Shown here in pieces: positions 1 to 15,417 of a stretch of DNA of 64,000 bases. The position numbers and the translations under genes are program-made. The stretch comes from Eledone cirrhosa (taxonomy: Eukaryota): the NCBI GenBank assembly GCA_964016885.1, contig OZ024748.1, positions 50,964,001 to 51,028,000 on the forward strand. The letters are read 5' to 3'. Position 1 is the stretch's first letter. Each line of letters begins with the position of its first letter. The notes beneath the pieces are model-generated. The model was not told the origin of the DNA. It ran no database searches and worked only from the letters and a program-made list of their open reading frames with translations.

Positions 1-272
1 ACTCGAAAGGGGTCAACGTGGACATGACAAAAAGCTGTTTCACCGCAGCTTTCGCCTAAATAGACGGAAAGCTGCTTTCTCGATCCGCATCTCTGGACCC
101 TGGAATCGGCTTCCAGAAGAAGTAGTCAACGCGTCAACCATGCAACAATTTAATGCGAAATTGGACCTGTGTTGGACCACTGTGTTTCGGACTGTGTAAA
201 TGTTTCCCCCTCCCCTCCTTACATGGCATCTGAAGCATCTATGTTTTAATTTCTGCCAAATATATTGAATTG

Positions 273-281
<9 letters not shown>
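1..281 (+). mobile_element. 3' end of a CR1-clade LINE (ORF2 C-terminus, 3' UTR, (ATTGA)n tail)
   Basis: Frame from nt 2 to TAA at 197-199 reads LERGQRGHDKKLFHRSFRLNRRKAAFSIRISGPWNRLPEEVVNASTMQQFNAKLD, matching the CR1 terminal RGH..KL / FS.R....WN.LP..VV.A / F...LD motif. It ends in ATTGAATTGAATTGAAT. Confidence 0.85.
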
Positions 282-315
<34 letters not shown>

Positions 316-846
316 TGATGATGGTAACGAATACATATCTGTGCGTATACAATACAGAATAATCTATGTTTGTGTTTGTGAGTCAAAATGTGTCTGTGTG
401 TATGTGATTGTTATAAGATACACTGGGAGAGATGAGAAATAAGGGAAACATTTCTAAATCCATAAAATATAAGAATATATCATACTTGTATATTTTCTCT
501 CTCCCAATGTGCATTAAATATATTTACACCCTCTCACTCCTGCCATCATAACCTTCTTGGCCCCCATCCATCATTTTCCTGCAATCCACTCACTAATAAA
601 TATAACATCAACAGCAACGGCGGAAATATTACACCGAAGGAGTGTGTGAAATACACACACACACACACACGTATATATATATTTGTATATATAAATATAT
701 ATATATATACCTGTATATATACATACATACACATTATATATATTTTTTTTTATTTCTATATATATATATAAAGAAATATTCCTCCGTCGGTTTTGCCGAT
801 GAGTTTTCCAGTTTTTTCATCAACAGAACAACCTGCTACACACAAT

Positions 847-923
<77 letters not shown>

Positions 924-1725
924 AAATGATGTCCTTTGATTGAAGTATTGTATATTATATATAACGTTAAAAGAGATAGAAGGCTAAACAATGCAAAATG
1001 GTAACGAAAAGGTAACGAAAAGTAAAAGTAAGTTACCTCTTAGTTCTTTTTTTTTTTGTTCTTTTATCTGTCCAATATTTCGGCACCTAAAAACTCTTCT
1101 TCGGGGTTTAAGCAACTTTCAGTGGATAATGTTCCAATTTCCTCTCTTTGGGATTAAATTTTGGTTTCGATTTAAATTTTTTCTAAGTCGTTTTCAAGCG
1201 TTGGCCCGAAAAACTGGACTCCGTGGGTAGGCCATGGTTTGTTTGTATGGGTGATGGTAGAAAGTGAAATATGTATTTACTACGATCACACATAGAAGCT
1301 GATGTACGCCTTGTGGAGTGAGGTCGAAGCAGCAATGTTGTATGAAATGATGCAGTCAGTCACGAGGTTGACTGCTGGATGAGCGGGTAGAGGGTGAAAC
1401 GTCAAGGCTAAAGGCATATCTGTTGAGTTTAAGTTTGTTTAGTCTTTGTATGACTTCGTCGGAGCTGCTGACATGTCCAGGAATAGTTGCAATAATAGGC
1501 TCTCCCAAAGTATAACAATATATATATAATGTAATAAATAAATACTTCTGAGAACAATACCGTTCACCGTAGCTCTGACTACTCAGAACAATACCGTGAA
1601 ATAATTTCTGAACTTATAACCTTCCATAACCTTAACGTAAAATCTTGTTTACATTTTCGATGCTTAAATTAGGATGGCACACATACATTGTCTGTAAATA
1701 AATACTTTTTATATGTTGTATATAA

Positions 1726-1797
1726 GTGATTCTGATGATTTCTCTACAAAGGTATTGAAAATAACATCACTTGGAGAATGAAACGTATGTAAATGAT
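1726..1797 (+). ncRNA. type I hammerhead ribozyme motif, partly decayed (Penelope-type)
   Basis: CTGATGA at 1732-1738; stem II TTCTCTA/TGGAGAA; GAAA at 1780-1783; short stem III ACG-TA-TGT; GUA triplet; weak stem I GTGATT/AATGAT. Confidence 0.55.
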
Positions 1798-2857
1798 GTT
1801 TTAATTGTTGAACATTGCTGATCTATTTTTCTGCGTTATTTATGCTCTTTGATTTACATAACTTCGATGACCGGAAGTATGCTAAGTGGATCTACCTCTG
1901 CACTACATTTCGCTAATCTGCATAGTGGAAAAAATAAACACATCAAACTTTTATATATTTGAATGCCATATATCGTTGTGTCATCAACTTATATTATTTA
2001 CCTTTTCTTTTGAATTTATAATATAAAGACATAACCATGTGGACTATTTTTAAAACATATAATAGACATCACACTACCCTGGCTGCTATCCTCTATTTTC
2101 CCTTCTTGCTTTTTTCTGCGCCCCAGTGTCCTTCTTTGTCTGCACGTTGGACAACAGTCCTTATCTTCTTCTCATATACGCTTCCTCTCCTTTCTATATT
2201 TTTCTCCTTCCGCTAAGCCATTGCGCACACTCTATTTATGTAATTTACCCAAAGGCATAACCTGTCTCTATCTGGTTTATTATATCCCCATCTGCACTGG
2301 AAAAGACGTTATCGGCCTTAATGAACCGAAACCGTAGTAATTTCCAGAGGTTAACTGAGGAGATGGCACTGTCTTTCCGTTTCTTTTTTCCATTTATGAC
2401 ACATGATTATTTTTTATGAATAATATATGTTTCAAGCATGAAATAACACAGATTTGTATATTTCCCTGAATGAAGTGGATCAGGTGTTCTTTGTGGCTCA
2501 CAGGTTCACAAGCTGATATACATTGTTCAAGATATACATTCAGTTTTGTTCTAATGTAATATATTAATGTAACCCATGAGTAGATCCAAACGTTTGCACA
2601 ACCTAAATACCCGATTTTGAACTTTTTTGAATGATTTTCAGCTTTGGTTGCAGCTCTAGCCAGCTTAGGCATAAGCTTATTTATGTGAGTCGAGAGGATT
2701 TAAATAGAAAAGGCGTTATCAAACACATGATTGTGTATCTATAGTTATTCGTTCTGTAGATTTTTATGCAGAAAGTTGATTTCTATACTGACACTTGTCA
2801 AATGTCAACCCCGCACAACATATATATATATATATATATATAAATATATATATATTT

Positions 2858-2893
<36 letters not shown>

Positions 2894-2904
2894 GAATTTA
2901 TATT

Positions 2905-3007
2905 CAGAGGATGTCCCAAAAAATTGTATACATACTTTGGTTACCTGTACAGGCAATATATATGAGAATGTTGTTGAAGAGTGCATAGATATTTTGGGGA
3001 CACCCTG

Positions 3008-3009
<2 letters not shown>
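2905..3009. mobile_element. Tc1/mariner-type MITE
   Basis: Imperfect TIRs CAGAGGATGTCCCAAAAAATTGTATACA ... TGCATAGATATTTTGGGACACCCTG followed by TA. A second family member lies at 57398-57477. Confidence 0.6.
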
Positions 3010-3097
<88 letters not shown>

Positions 3098-3099
<2 letters not shown>

Positions 3100-3306
3100 A
3101 AAATTTTTGACCCCAACGGCAGAGCTCAAGTCGTTTCGACGGCTGTTTCTGGACCCAGTAATTTCTTGGTCCAGAAATAGCCGTCGAAACAGCTTGAGCT
3201 CTGCCGTCAGGGTCAAACATTTTCCTATTACCCACTCTACTACCCTAAGTATTGAGTACTCTGGTGCGTTATGGTCCATCTGGTTCCTTACCACACCTAC
3301 TTCGTT
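3098..3306 (+). mobile_element. fold-back element family F1 (palindrome + tail, half-hammerhead) inserted in (TA)n
   Basis: 3098-3225 is a near-perfect inverted repeat (GGAAAA..GACCCCAACGGCAGAGCTCAAGTCGTTTCGACGGCTGTTTCTGGAC / GTCCAGAAATAGCCGTCGAAACAGCTTGAGCTCTGCCGTCAGGGTC..TTTTCC). A unique ~80-nt tail follows (TATTACCCACTCTACTACCCTAAGTATTGAGTACTC...), with (TA)n on both sides. Confidence 0.85.
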
Positions 3307-3326
3307 ATATATATATATATATATAG

Positions 3327-3364
<38 letters not shown>

Positions 3365-3367
3365 GAA

Positions 3368-3582
3368 GGCGTGTGGCTGAGTGGTTAGAGAATTGGATTC
3401 GCAATCGTAAGGTTGTGAGTTCGATTCCTGGACCAGGCGATGCGTTATGTCCTTGAGCAAGACACTTTATTTCACGTTGTTCCTTCTACCTGGAGTTGCG
3501 ACCGATAGATAGTATCAGCAATTGGAAAGACCAACGGAAACATTGTTCCCTAGGTCCGATTTGACGAAAGTCGATCGTCTCC
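3368..3582 (+). mobile_element. tRNA-derived SINE family B (CORE-like central domain)
   Basis: A box TGGCTGAGTGG, B box GAGTTCGATTC, then TGTCCTTGAGCAAGACACTTTATTTCAC. Multiple related copies occur in the window. Confidence 0.8.
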
Positions 3583-4042
3583 TATATATAAATATATATA
3601 TATATATATATAGCTCCACTGCATATGCACCTTCTTAATAAGCCTGATACTTCCATTATCTATTATATTCCTTCATCATTCTAGATTATTCATCGCCACA
3701 AATATTATCCTTGGATCTATTTCCGAAATTTCATTTGTTGTCTCCACCCTAGAGTATTCCATCACGAATACTCAAGTATCTTTAGTAAGGAATCCACCAT
3801 CATTCACTAATTTATTGAGGATACTGCTCCTTGCTATTCTGTGTATTTATTTCAATCAAGGGATATGAAATCAAAACGAGAACATAGAGTGTATCGATTA
3901 AGCATGAACTATGTGCAACTTGTATGGGTTTGTGTGTGTGTATGGGGTGTGCGTGAGTAGGAATAAGATTGTAGGCCCATTATATATATATAGCATATAT
4001 TTATATACATATATATATATATAGCATATATATATATATAGC

Positions 4043-4078
<36 letters not shown>

Positions 4079-4106
4079 CCCGGGATAAACTTATCTCTCT
4101 CTCGCA

Positions 4107-4161
<55 letters not shown>

Positions 4162-4299
4162 CATATATATATATATATATAGAGCATATATTTATATATA
4201 TATAGCATATATATATATACATATAGCATATATTTATATATATATAATATATATATAGGATATATTTATATATATATAATATATATATAGGATATATTT

Positions 4300-4338
<39 letters not shown>

Positions 4339-4426
4339 TTCTATTTATATATATATATATATACCATATATTTATATATATATATATATATATAGCATAT
4401 ATTTATATATATATATAATATATATA

Positions 4427-4479
<53 letters not shown>

Positions 4480-4671
4480 AATGTATATTATATGCCATTA
4501 GAAGCAATGTATACATGTACAGTGGAAAAAAGAAACTGTTTGTATATACACGCTGTAATGCATATATTAATGTATGATGTCCATCCGCATGTGACAGCAC
4601 TATATATAAACTCACGTTCATGAACCTATATATATATATCTGCTGAGCTACCTATGTATAGCTATGCAGTC

Positions 4672-4772
<101 letters not shown>

Positions 4773-4962
4773 GTGTGTGTGTGTAAACATACATAAATAT
4801 ATATATATATATATGTAAACATACATAAATATATGTATATATATATAGATATATACAGTATATATATATATATATGTAAACATACATAAATATATGTATA
4901 TGTGTATATATAAATATATATATATGTATATGTGTATATATATATGTATAAAAATATATATA

Positions 4963-5016
<54 letters not shown>

Positions 5017-5144
5017 CACACATAAATATGAATATATATATATATATGTATGTATATATATAGATACGTATATATATGTGTATATATATATAAATATATA
5101 TATATAAATATATATATATATAAATAAATATATATAAAGATAAA

Positions 5145-5185
<41 letters not shown>

Positions 5186-5581
5186 TATATATATATACAG
5201 ACAGAGAGAGAGAGAGAGAGATAATGGGAGTGCGTGAAAGAGAGAAAGTTAGGTGGTGGTGTGTAACGGGGTGTGTCCATGATGGAGCCCGTGTATAACG
5301 AAGAATTTGATGACCCTCGATGTAATCAGAAAAAGTAATTCCATCCACCTGCATCTAGATATAGTTTTCTCTAATGGTTCCCATTGCGGTTGCATGCCTG
5401 TCGATACCTTTCAACGTATATTACTTACGTCAAACGTACTCAAGGTTTTATGCATTTTTTACTGGTAGCTTCCGACTGGTCGAGCCAAAAGTCGCAATGA
5501 ATTCTGACTAGAGCAATCTTAAGGAATTATTGCACGTCAATAAAATATGTGTTTCTTGTGTGTGTGTGTATATCTATATAT

Positions 5582-5670
<89 letters not shown>

Positions 5671-6269
5671 ATAACATACACACGTATAAACACACGCATA
5701 CACACACACATATATACATTTATATATACATATATATATATAAATATACATATACATATATATATATATATATAGGTACATACATATATATAGATTTATA
5801 TATATATATATATCTCACACTATATATATATATATATATATATATCGCATACACATACAGATAAACACACAAAAACACATATATATATATAAATCTATAT
5901 ATATGTATGTACCTATATATATATATATATATATATATAGGTACATACATATATATAGATTTAGATATATATATGTTTTTGTTTTTATCTGTATGTGTAT
6001 GCGATATATATATATATATAGTGAGAGGGAGAGGGAGAGAGGGAGATGGAGTGAGGGAGAGAGAGAGTGAGGGAGAGAGAGAGAGAGTGAGAGAGAGAGT
6101 GAGAGAGAGGGACTACGTCTTACCCGCACTATATAATTGTCTTTTCTTTAGGAATATTCTCTTTTTGTTTCTTTAACATTTTATAGGCAAATCTATAGTT
6201 TTATATTGGACATTAGCAGAGTCTGTCTGTGCAATATCTTCTCTTATATTTCACTACATTAACTGTCCT

Positions 6270-7530
6270 TAATAATAATTGTTTCTACTTTTTGGCACAA
6301 AGCCAGCAATTACCCAGTGCATGACTGGTACTTTATTTTATCGACCCCGTAAGGATGAAAGGCAAAGTCAACCTCGGCGGGATTTGAACTCAGATCGTAA
6401 AGGGACGTAACTATGCTGGAAAGCATGGCGTCCGACCCTCTACCGATACTACCAATCCACCCACCTAATAATGCTTTCTGATTTAGGCACAAGGCGAGTC
6501 ATTTTAGTGGGAGGAGAAAGTCGATTAAGTCGACCCCAGTGCATTACTGGTACTTTATTTGACCGTAAGGATGAAAGGTAAAGCTGATCTTGGCAGGATT
6601 TGATCTAAGAACATAATATTTCTACCAAATACCATGATGCATTTTTCCGGCGCTCTAAGGATTCAGACAATCAACGACTTTAATATTAATGATAAGGTTT
6701 CTACCTTTGGCACCAGGCCAGCAATTACCCCAGAGCATTACTGGTACTTTATTTTATTGTCCTCATAAGGATGAAAAGCAAAGTTAATCTCAGCGAATTT
6801 GACCTCAGAAAATAAAAGGCCATAACTCTATGCTGTAAATCATGGTGTCATGCTCTATAAAGGGCGCTGGACTGGCAGTATCGGTAGAGTGTCGGACAAC
6901 ATGCGTTGCGATATATAGTTGCTTTCCTTTACATGCCGAGTTCAAAACCTTCCTGGGGTTAACTTTGCATTTCATCCTTACAGGGTCGATAAAATAAAGT
7001 ACCAGTAACACACTAGGGACGAGTTAATCACTTTCTCTTTTTCCCTTCAAATTGCTGGCCTTGTGTCTAAATGAGAACAATTATTATTATAAAGAAAGGG
7101 CGGTGGTTTGGCAGTATCGGTAGAGCGTCAGACACCATGCTATGCAACATAGTTATGGCCCTTTACTTTCTGAGTTCAAATTCCGCCGAGGTTAGCTTTG
7201 CCTTTTATCCTTACGGGGTCGTTAAAATAAAGTACCAGTCACGTAATGGGGTCGATTTAATGGACTTTCCCCTCCCCCAAAATTGATGGCAATATATGTG
7301 AAATATATGAGGAAAACTATAATATATCACATTGGGGTTTGTATATTGAGCAAAAGGAGTTGTTTAGCCATAACAATAATTGTTTCTACTTTATTTTATC
7401 GACCCCGTAAGGATGAAAGGCAAAGTTAACCTCGGCGGGATTCGAACTCAGAATGGCAAGAGCCGTAACTCTATGTGTCAAATCATAGCGCCCGACCCTC
7501 TGTCGATACTGCCAATCCACCGCCTTTAAC
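6270..7530. mobile_element. cluster of about 6 tRNA-derived SINE family A copies (3 minus, 2 plus, 1 minus)
   Basis: Repeated A box TGGCAGTATCGG, B box GAGTTCAAATCC, central GCCTTTCATCCTTACGGGGTCGATAAAATAAAGTACCAG and 3' GGCCTTGTGCCAAAAGTAGAAACAATTATT, in both orientations. Confidence 0.85.
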
Positions 7531-9599
7531 CATAACAATAATGACATTAACCAATATGCAATATCTATTAGAACAAACAGTTTACAACAGAGTAGCATAT
7601 TGAAGACGGATTCCTGATTGAGGCAACCGAAATATACTATCCCTGATTACCCAGTCTGTCCTATCTCACCGGTCCTGTCACTAACCTAATACAGCATAGT
7701 TAATCTTTCATAATGTTTACTGGGAGTCAAAATATCTCTCCATATTCTTATTCTACTGGTCAAGTATTATTTGAATAGGTTGCTGAGGTTTGTTTTTCCC
7801 CCGGAAGGAATTGTTCTGCTCTCAAAACCATCATCTGTGACAGCCGTACAACTTCCTTTTCCATAGCCTCAAATAGCGAAAGATTCCCCGATCTCTCTGA
7901 AATAAGGCGTTGGTTCTTTTTTCATTAAATTGGCTCGTCAAGTATGAAAGTTGTAGAAATTTCTAATAATAAAAAAACAATTCTACAAATTTCATACTTG
8001 ACGACCCTAAATTTGCTCAGCGCTTGATAAAATGTGTTCGACATAAACCCAGAAATCCACAATACACTGACATCGGGTGCGTGTATGCCGGATGATAACG
8101 TTAATCCGAGTGCAACACGAACGGGTTCGGTTACTCGATACTCCAGCATGACTCCGAAGAGGAACGAAAAGAGGTGCATTTCTAAAATTATAAAATTCGT
8201 TCCACACATATAAAATTACAATTTCAATTCTTTATCGAAATATTTCAATTTCACTTCAACCGTTTGAGGGAAATGTCGATGGTGTCTCTTCCTAGATAGT
8301 TTCACAAATACCTAAGGTGGTTATTGTTAGCGAAAATACATACAATCTATTTAGCTGTTGTGATTATGTCGTATATCACGCCTAGTAGAGTAGGACTGTG
8401 TTGAAATGTAGTTATTCTGTGATCATCCCTTATTCCGCCTTTTTGTCATTAACCATGTTATCCAATGAGCGTATTTTAACGACCGTGTGTATTTTTATCA
8501 CTATTTCTAACAGGTTCTCTCGATACAACAGAGGCTTTTCTCGTTGAGTCAGTATATTCGCTAGTTTCCATTGTTCAGACATACGTTAACTTACAAAACA
8601 AAGAACTAATGGTTAAATGTGGCCGTGTGGTATACAACAAAAACATGATTCGATTGCAGCAGACTTCTACGTACCCTTGTTTTCGTCTCTAGTCATATTT
8701 ACACACGACTTCATCTATGTCGAAAAAAAAAAAATATATCGATGCAAAACATATTTTGAAATCTCCCTAATTCTTCATACACGAACCAATATTAATAATA
8801 TTATTTAGGCCTATCAATCGACTGTTCAATCTCTCTTGGAAAGATTCGTCTTTTGCATAGCCAAAATGTCACTGATTATTTTCGATCACAAAAGTAGCTG
8901 CTTTTTTTTGTGTATTTAATTTAAGTGAGTAAGTTGCTGAAAGAAGCTATAGATATCCTCCGGAGATAAAACATCATTATATATCCATCTATTATGAAAA
9001 TAATTAAAGACACTTAATTATACGAGTCATAATCCCTGATGTATACGTGTCTACATTTGAATTAATTACATGTCAGATTTTAATACACTCTAAACTTCCT
9101 TACACGACATCCATCTTTTACGAATTTCGAAGCTATATATATATAAACAATGTTTAGAGATACTCCTGTTAGCAAAGTAGAACTAGAGATAAATTCCCGT
9201 AAAATCAAGAAGTTGACACGTTTTCAATTACACAGTTTTAATTTCTATTGGAATTCTACAAATCTTACAAATACTACAACCGATGAGGAACAAAATCTCA
9301 ATATTTTTTTTAGAGAAAAATCTTCAATGAGCCAAATAGAGACCTTCAAGGTAGCGGTTCAACCTCATTGAAATAGATAAAGAATGGGATGGTCATATAT
9401 GGAATGAATTTATTATATATTTGTGCAATCAATGTTGATTAGAGTCTATAAAACAGCAAAATATTCAAGAATCCAATGAATGGTCTTCTTCGCTGAGTCT
9501 CTGCATACTAGAAATAGCAACCAAATCATCATTAAATTATGAAAGAGGAACACATTGAGCAATGAAGTTCTTTAACGATCTTGACTTGTTTGCTCGAGT

Positions 9600-9940
9600 C
9601 TTTTACGAGTAAAACCCCCCTTCAGTTACGAATGACCATGGGATTTTCACCTTGAAAATTTACCTCGGAGGCACAAATCTGGACAAGGTTGTTTGTGGAA
9701 GACCAGCAGTCATCCATGCATACCAGTCTCTCCACTCTATTCCACCAATATTGTTCAAGGGAATGACAAGGACCAATACAGCTTGGCAGCAATGACATCG
9801 CCAACCATTTCTACAACTGAATGAACAAGAGCAGCGTGAACTAAAGTGTCTTGCCCAAGAACACAGTGCAAAGCCCGGTCCGGGAATCGATCCAACAAAC
9901 TCGCGATTGCAAGCTCTAACCACTAAACCTTGCACCTTCA
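9600..9940 (-). mobile_element. SINE family B-related copy
   Basis: Minus strand GGTTTAGTGGTTAGAG...GGATCGATTCCCGGACC...TGTGTTCTTGGGCAAGACACTTT. The 3' part resembles 24955-25230. Confidence 0.7.
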
Positions 9941-10369
9941 CAACTATAGCTACCTACATTTGATGGAATCTGTGGTCAACTGTCCCCTGAATTATTAGTT
10001 AGAGCACCCGGCCGAATCAACAAAATACAGAGTACGATTTGCCGACGTAGCTGCTAGCCACATTTTCACGTCTCTTACGGTATTTTACAAGAATGTCTAA
10101 GCTATTATTTATAACGAGCAGCAGTCGTTAGTTATTTTATGCGTTTAGGATTCTTACATTTTCAAAAATTTCAAATCGCTCAGCGCTCAGATAGCTTTCA
10201 ATTTATACATAAATATATATACAAAATTACACACACCAAAAACATATATATATATATTTTTCGGCTCTGTTGGATAACATTGAGCTATATCTTATACTTT
10301 CATTTCTCTAATACGAAGAGTTTGTTTAACTCTAATGCACTCAAGTATTTTTATATTATATATATATAA

Positions 10370-10417
<48 letters not shown>

Positions 10418-10501
10418 ATATATATATATATACACATGTGTGTGTGTGTGTATATATATACATATATATATGTATATGTGTGTATATATATACATATATA
10501 C

Positions 10502-10559
<58 letters not shown>

Positions 10560-10801
10560 GTATACATATAAGCTTATATACTCTAAATTAGATTTTGTGT
10601 AAATTATCTTTTGGTTTTTCTAATCTTTATTCATATATTTATTTTATTTTATTTTATTTTATTTTTTGTACCTCAAAGTTTACTTTTATTTCGAAAAACT
10701 CGACAGTGAAATAGTTTTACAACAATATGAAGCTGGGAGTCGAGAAGAAGAAGAAGAAGAAGAAGAAGAAGAAGAAGAAGAAGAAGAAGAAGAAGAAAAA
10801 A

Positions 10802-10833
<32 letters not shown>

Positions 10834-11745
10834 AGAAGAAGAAGAAGAAGAGAATTGGTAATAAACAACAAAAACCTGAAAATGAAGCAAAACTTTCTGA
10901 TACTCCATTAATGGAATCCTATTATAGAAATAATTGTAATTAGGAGAAGCTTTAATCAGGCAAACAGCATCTGTCTTACTTGACAAATATACGAATCCCA
11001 TGATAACTAATGATGGATATCGGTATGAAGTAAACCGATGAACAATTGTGTTTAGGTTTTTCACTAAACTTCTACCACAACCACCACTACCATTAACAAT
11101 ATCGCAACCACCACCACCACCACCATTTCTAGTGCCAACTAACATAACCACCACAACCACTGACACGATCACAAACACTGTCACAACCATAATCAATACC
11201 ATCAGCATCCCCCCCCTCCCTCATCACAATCACCATCATCACTACCACTTACACCAATCTACCACTACTACTGCTATAATTAAACACAAACACTATCAGA
11301 AATATCATTAGCACTTCCATTAATACACTCAACCTCTACTACTCCCCCAACACCACCATAACTCTCTCAGCACCAGTACTTCTATTAGCAACATCCACCA
11401 ATTTTTGCTGCTACAACCACACATCAAGACCATCAGAACGATCACTACCAATGTCACTGTTACCACCACTAAAACCAATATCAGCCCCTTCATGACCATT
11501 CACACAACCTTTCTACAACACAAACAACAGCCATTACTCGATCTATCACGACTACCATTTACAAAACTACTATCATCACTTGTAGGCCATGACAACCACC
11601 ATTATCACACCATGTACTACCACTACGATAGTTAACATAACAACCATCAGCATCACGACGACTATAAGAAGTACCTTGACGACTGTTACCTACTATCCGC
11701 CACCAACCACAGCAATACCGTCATGATCATTACTATCGCCATAAT

Positions 11746-11910
11746 TCTAAGGCGGGTAAAATTCCCGAGATCCATGGACGAGTTCTCTCCAGCGGTCTCT
11801 GTCCCTCATCATCGCTGCCATGTCCTGCGTCTCCAACAGACCAGTGTCTGTCCTTAGGGCATCAACATATGTTAACCTTGGTCTTCCACTTCTAGTGTGT
11901 CCATGTACCA
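11746..11910 (-). mobile_element. RTE-clade LINE 3' fragment
   Basis: Inverted, diverged copy of ~54740-54902, encoding HGHTRSGRPRLTYVDALRTDTGLLETQDMAAMMRDRDRWRELVHGSREFYPP. Confidence 0.8.
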
Positions 11911-12349
11911 TAAACCGCTACCAAACCGGAGACCAAACTCCCATCACACGAGGACTGACATGTGATGGAGAATGATGTAGTGGTGTTTCTATTGTTTAGC
12001 GCTACAACGGTCAAGAATAAATAGACTTATGATAAAAAGCATTTCAACCGTGACCTTCCAGTATTTTATGCAGGCAAAGTATATCTAGTAATAGATTATC
12101 CTATGTATGTTTATAAGATGTAATTTTAAGAAGATTTAGGTTCTATTTCTTGCAAAAAAAAAAAAAGACCAAATAAACTATTCTTGATGTTGATATTGGT
12201 GCTGGTGGTAATGGGGGCCATTGTTGACTGCAAGATATGTGAGCAAGTATATTAAAACGCTTGCACATACACATATGCTCACAGATACAGATCTTTCTAC
12301 CCTCCATATATATATATTTCTTTATATATATATATATATATATATATTT

Positions 12350-12593
<244 letters not shown>

Positions 12594-12602
12594 CTTTATA
12601 TA

Positions 12603-12664
<62 letters not shown>

Positions 12665-13037
12665 AAAAGAAATTCGTTTTCAAATATAAAAACTGGAAAG
12701 ATGTTGGTGAGAAAGTTATCAGATGAAAAGACGACAATTAATTACAATAAAATGTACACACTGTGACATTCAATATAAATAAATATATATATATATATGA
12801 AATCCAAATGTGCAAGCTTATCCACACGTGGAGCAAGTGTGTGTGTGTATATACAGATCCATACACACACGCGGATACTCTTGTTAGGTCAAATCAAGGT
12901 CCTGGTTTCTTAGTTAATGTTCAGCATCAGTGGGGGGCAGAAGTGGATGTGGAGGTGCTGCTCTCTCATAATTATATTTTCTTTCTTCATAATATGTATT
13001 ACATATTATGTATTACATATTATGTATATAGCATATT

Positions 13038-13165
13038 TAGGCGGGGAATTGGCAGGGTCGTTAGAACGTCGGATAGGATGTTTTATGGTATTCCTTGTTG
13101 CTCTCTGAGTTCAAATCCCGCCGAGGTCAACTTTGCCGTTCATCCATTCGAGGTCGATAAAAAAA
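13038..13165 (+). mobile_element. SINE family A, diverged copy
   Basis: TGGCAGGGTCGTTAGAACG...CTGAGTTCAAATCCCGCCGAGGTCAACTTTGCC...GGTCGATAAAA. Confidence 0.7.
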
Positions 13166-14359
13166 GTGCCACTCTAACACTGGGGCCGATTCTTCCTCTC
13201 TCAGGAAGAAATCTGCTATACTTAGGTTTGGAGAAGGGTGGGATCCGCCAGACTTAAAAATGCCCAAGAAACGCCGTATACACATATACGACACCCTACG
13301 ATTCTATCGGGAGTTACAGGACCATAGATTCATAGCTTCTTTAATATGTCTCAATGTCGGATCACTTTAATGTCTAGAAAGAAGTACCACCTCAATGTTC
13401 TTTAGTGCGTCGCCATGTTCGAATCTGCCATGTTTCTAGCGCACTTATAACTACTTCATGTATTTAAATTCCCACCAGTGGTGTTATAATATGTCCCTTA
13501 TGTATGTTTACCTATGTTTTGGTAAAGGGTGTACGGTATGATATACACAGATAAAACAATGTAGGTACACCATGGAGAAAGTCAACGTAAAATTCAGTAA
13601 ATCGCTACTAGTTTGATGTTAGACGGTAAATAGTTGCTTGTGTCTTTCAAACCTCTATACCAGTCATGAGCTTTCTGAATGGCTCACCTAAGTCACCTAA
13701 GTCAAATCTTTCAGATTTTTTGGCCCCAACTTTACTGTCGGAATTTCTATTTCTATCATTTTTACGATCGAGGAAAACAACGTGTACGAATTCTGAAGAA
13801 GCAAATCAACCTGAGTTACTGCCCCTTTTTTAATGTGGGCACGAATGAAAATTAGCACATGCGACCCACCTGATGATGAGCCATATCTCATGCGGCCCGC
13901 TTCTCGAAAAAGGTTGCCCATGCCTGCTCTATAAAGATGGATGCTTAGATCCTGATATAGTCGTAGGGGCATGGATATATCATAGGGTGTGGCCCGAGCC
14001 TTTAAACCTGGTAGAGTCTATTCCTCTCCAAGTTAGGACACTCGTGTTTCTTCCAGAGAAATAGGGAGATTGTGAGAGAGAAATAAGAAGACTGAGATTC
14101 GACTCAGGTATTTAAAAGCTAATTTATTTATCGATCTTGAAAATGATTGAAAGTGAAAGGTGAATTTGGAGTGATTTGAACGTAGGGGCTCAGAGAGCCT
14201 GGACAAACACTGCAAATAATTCAGTTCGATGTTTTAATGACTCTCTCCCTTTACTTTTATCAATACTTATACTAACGAATAACAAGGTCAAACAATGTGC
14301 AGTGGCTGTTGCTATGAACATATGTTAATGTTTTTATTATTGAATACTTTTTGTTCATT

Positions 14360-14840
14360 ATTATTTCAACAATAGCCTTTCATCCTTACGGGGTCGATAA
14401 AATAAAGTACCAGTAATGCACTGGGTAATTGCTGGCCTTGTGCCAAAAGTAGAAACAATTATTTCAACAATAAGGGCGATGGATTGGCAGTATCGGTAGA
14501 GGGTCGGACGCCATGCTTTGACGCGTAGAGTTACGGCCCTTGCCATTCTGAGTTCAAATCCCGCCGAGGTTAACTTTGCCTTTCATCATTACGGGGTCGA
14601 TAAAATAAAGTACCAGTAATACACTGGGTAATTGCTGGCCTTGTGCCAAAAGTAGAAACAATTATTATTTCAACAATTACGTCCCTTTGCGTTCTGAGTT
14701 GAAATCCCGCTGAGGTCAGTTTTGCCTTCCGTCATTACCAGCTCGATACAAAAAATACCAGTAATGCACTGGAGTCGATTTAATCGACTTTCCCCTACCC
14801 CCAAATTGTTGCTCTTGTGCCAAAATCAGAAACCAGTATT
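14360..14840 (+). mobile_element. head-to-tail array of 3 SINE family A copies (one full, two 5'-truncated)
   Basis: Full copy 14474-14665 with A and B boxes; units are separated by repeated ATTATTTCAACAAT. Confidence 0.85.
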
Positions 14841-15364
14841 TTAGCAGTGTCGATAGTTTATGTTTGTTAATTACAACTTTTGTCTATGACAATTAAAACT
14901 AATTTTCAAATATGGACAGTAACTCCCTTAAGAATATTTTAAAGTTGTTTCATGAAGAAAACAACAACTAATATGATTAAAATTAGTAAACCAACACCTG
15001 AACATCAGAATCTGCTTCAACAACTTCAACAGCGTGAAAGGTACAAAAATAATTAAAACATGAAACAGCGTGTTGCAACAAGAAACAAAGATGGCGCGTG
15101 TGTATTACGAAAACAACAACAATAATAAATATACATAGCCTCGTTAATTTCCCATGCATGTTATATTCTATATCTAGTGAAAAATATGTGAGTAAGAAGC
15201 AGATTTTGTGATTGATATAATTTGCCTACCTTAAGCAAGCACGATAAAATAGATACGAATTGTCTTAGCGTGACAAATATTTTGTTGAAAATTTGCTTTC
15301 TTAATTCCTACTGCCCACTCTGTTTTCTCAAGCCAAGTGTCTTATAGGATGTTTTCTTACTATT

Positions 15365-15417
<53 letters not shown>

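Noticed and set aside
3368-3440. SINE heads as tRNA genes
   Set aside because: A and B boxes are present, but there is no complete cloverleaf and each continues into a shared SINE body.
7600-8700. Non-repetitive stretch with short ORFs (7925-8209)
   Set aside because: No recognisable motif or splice-consistent frame; likely an old unclassified repeat.
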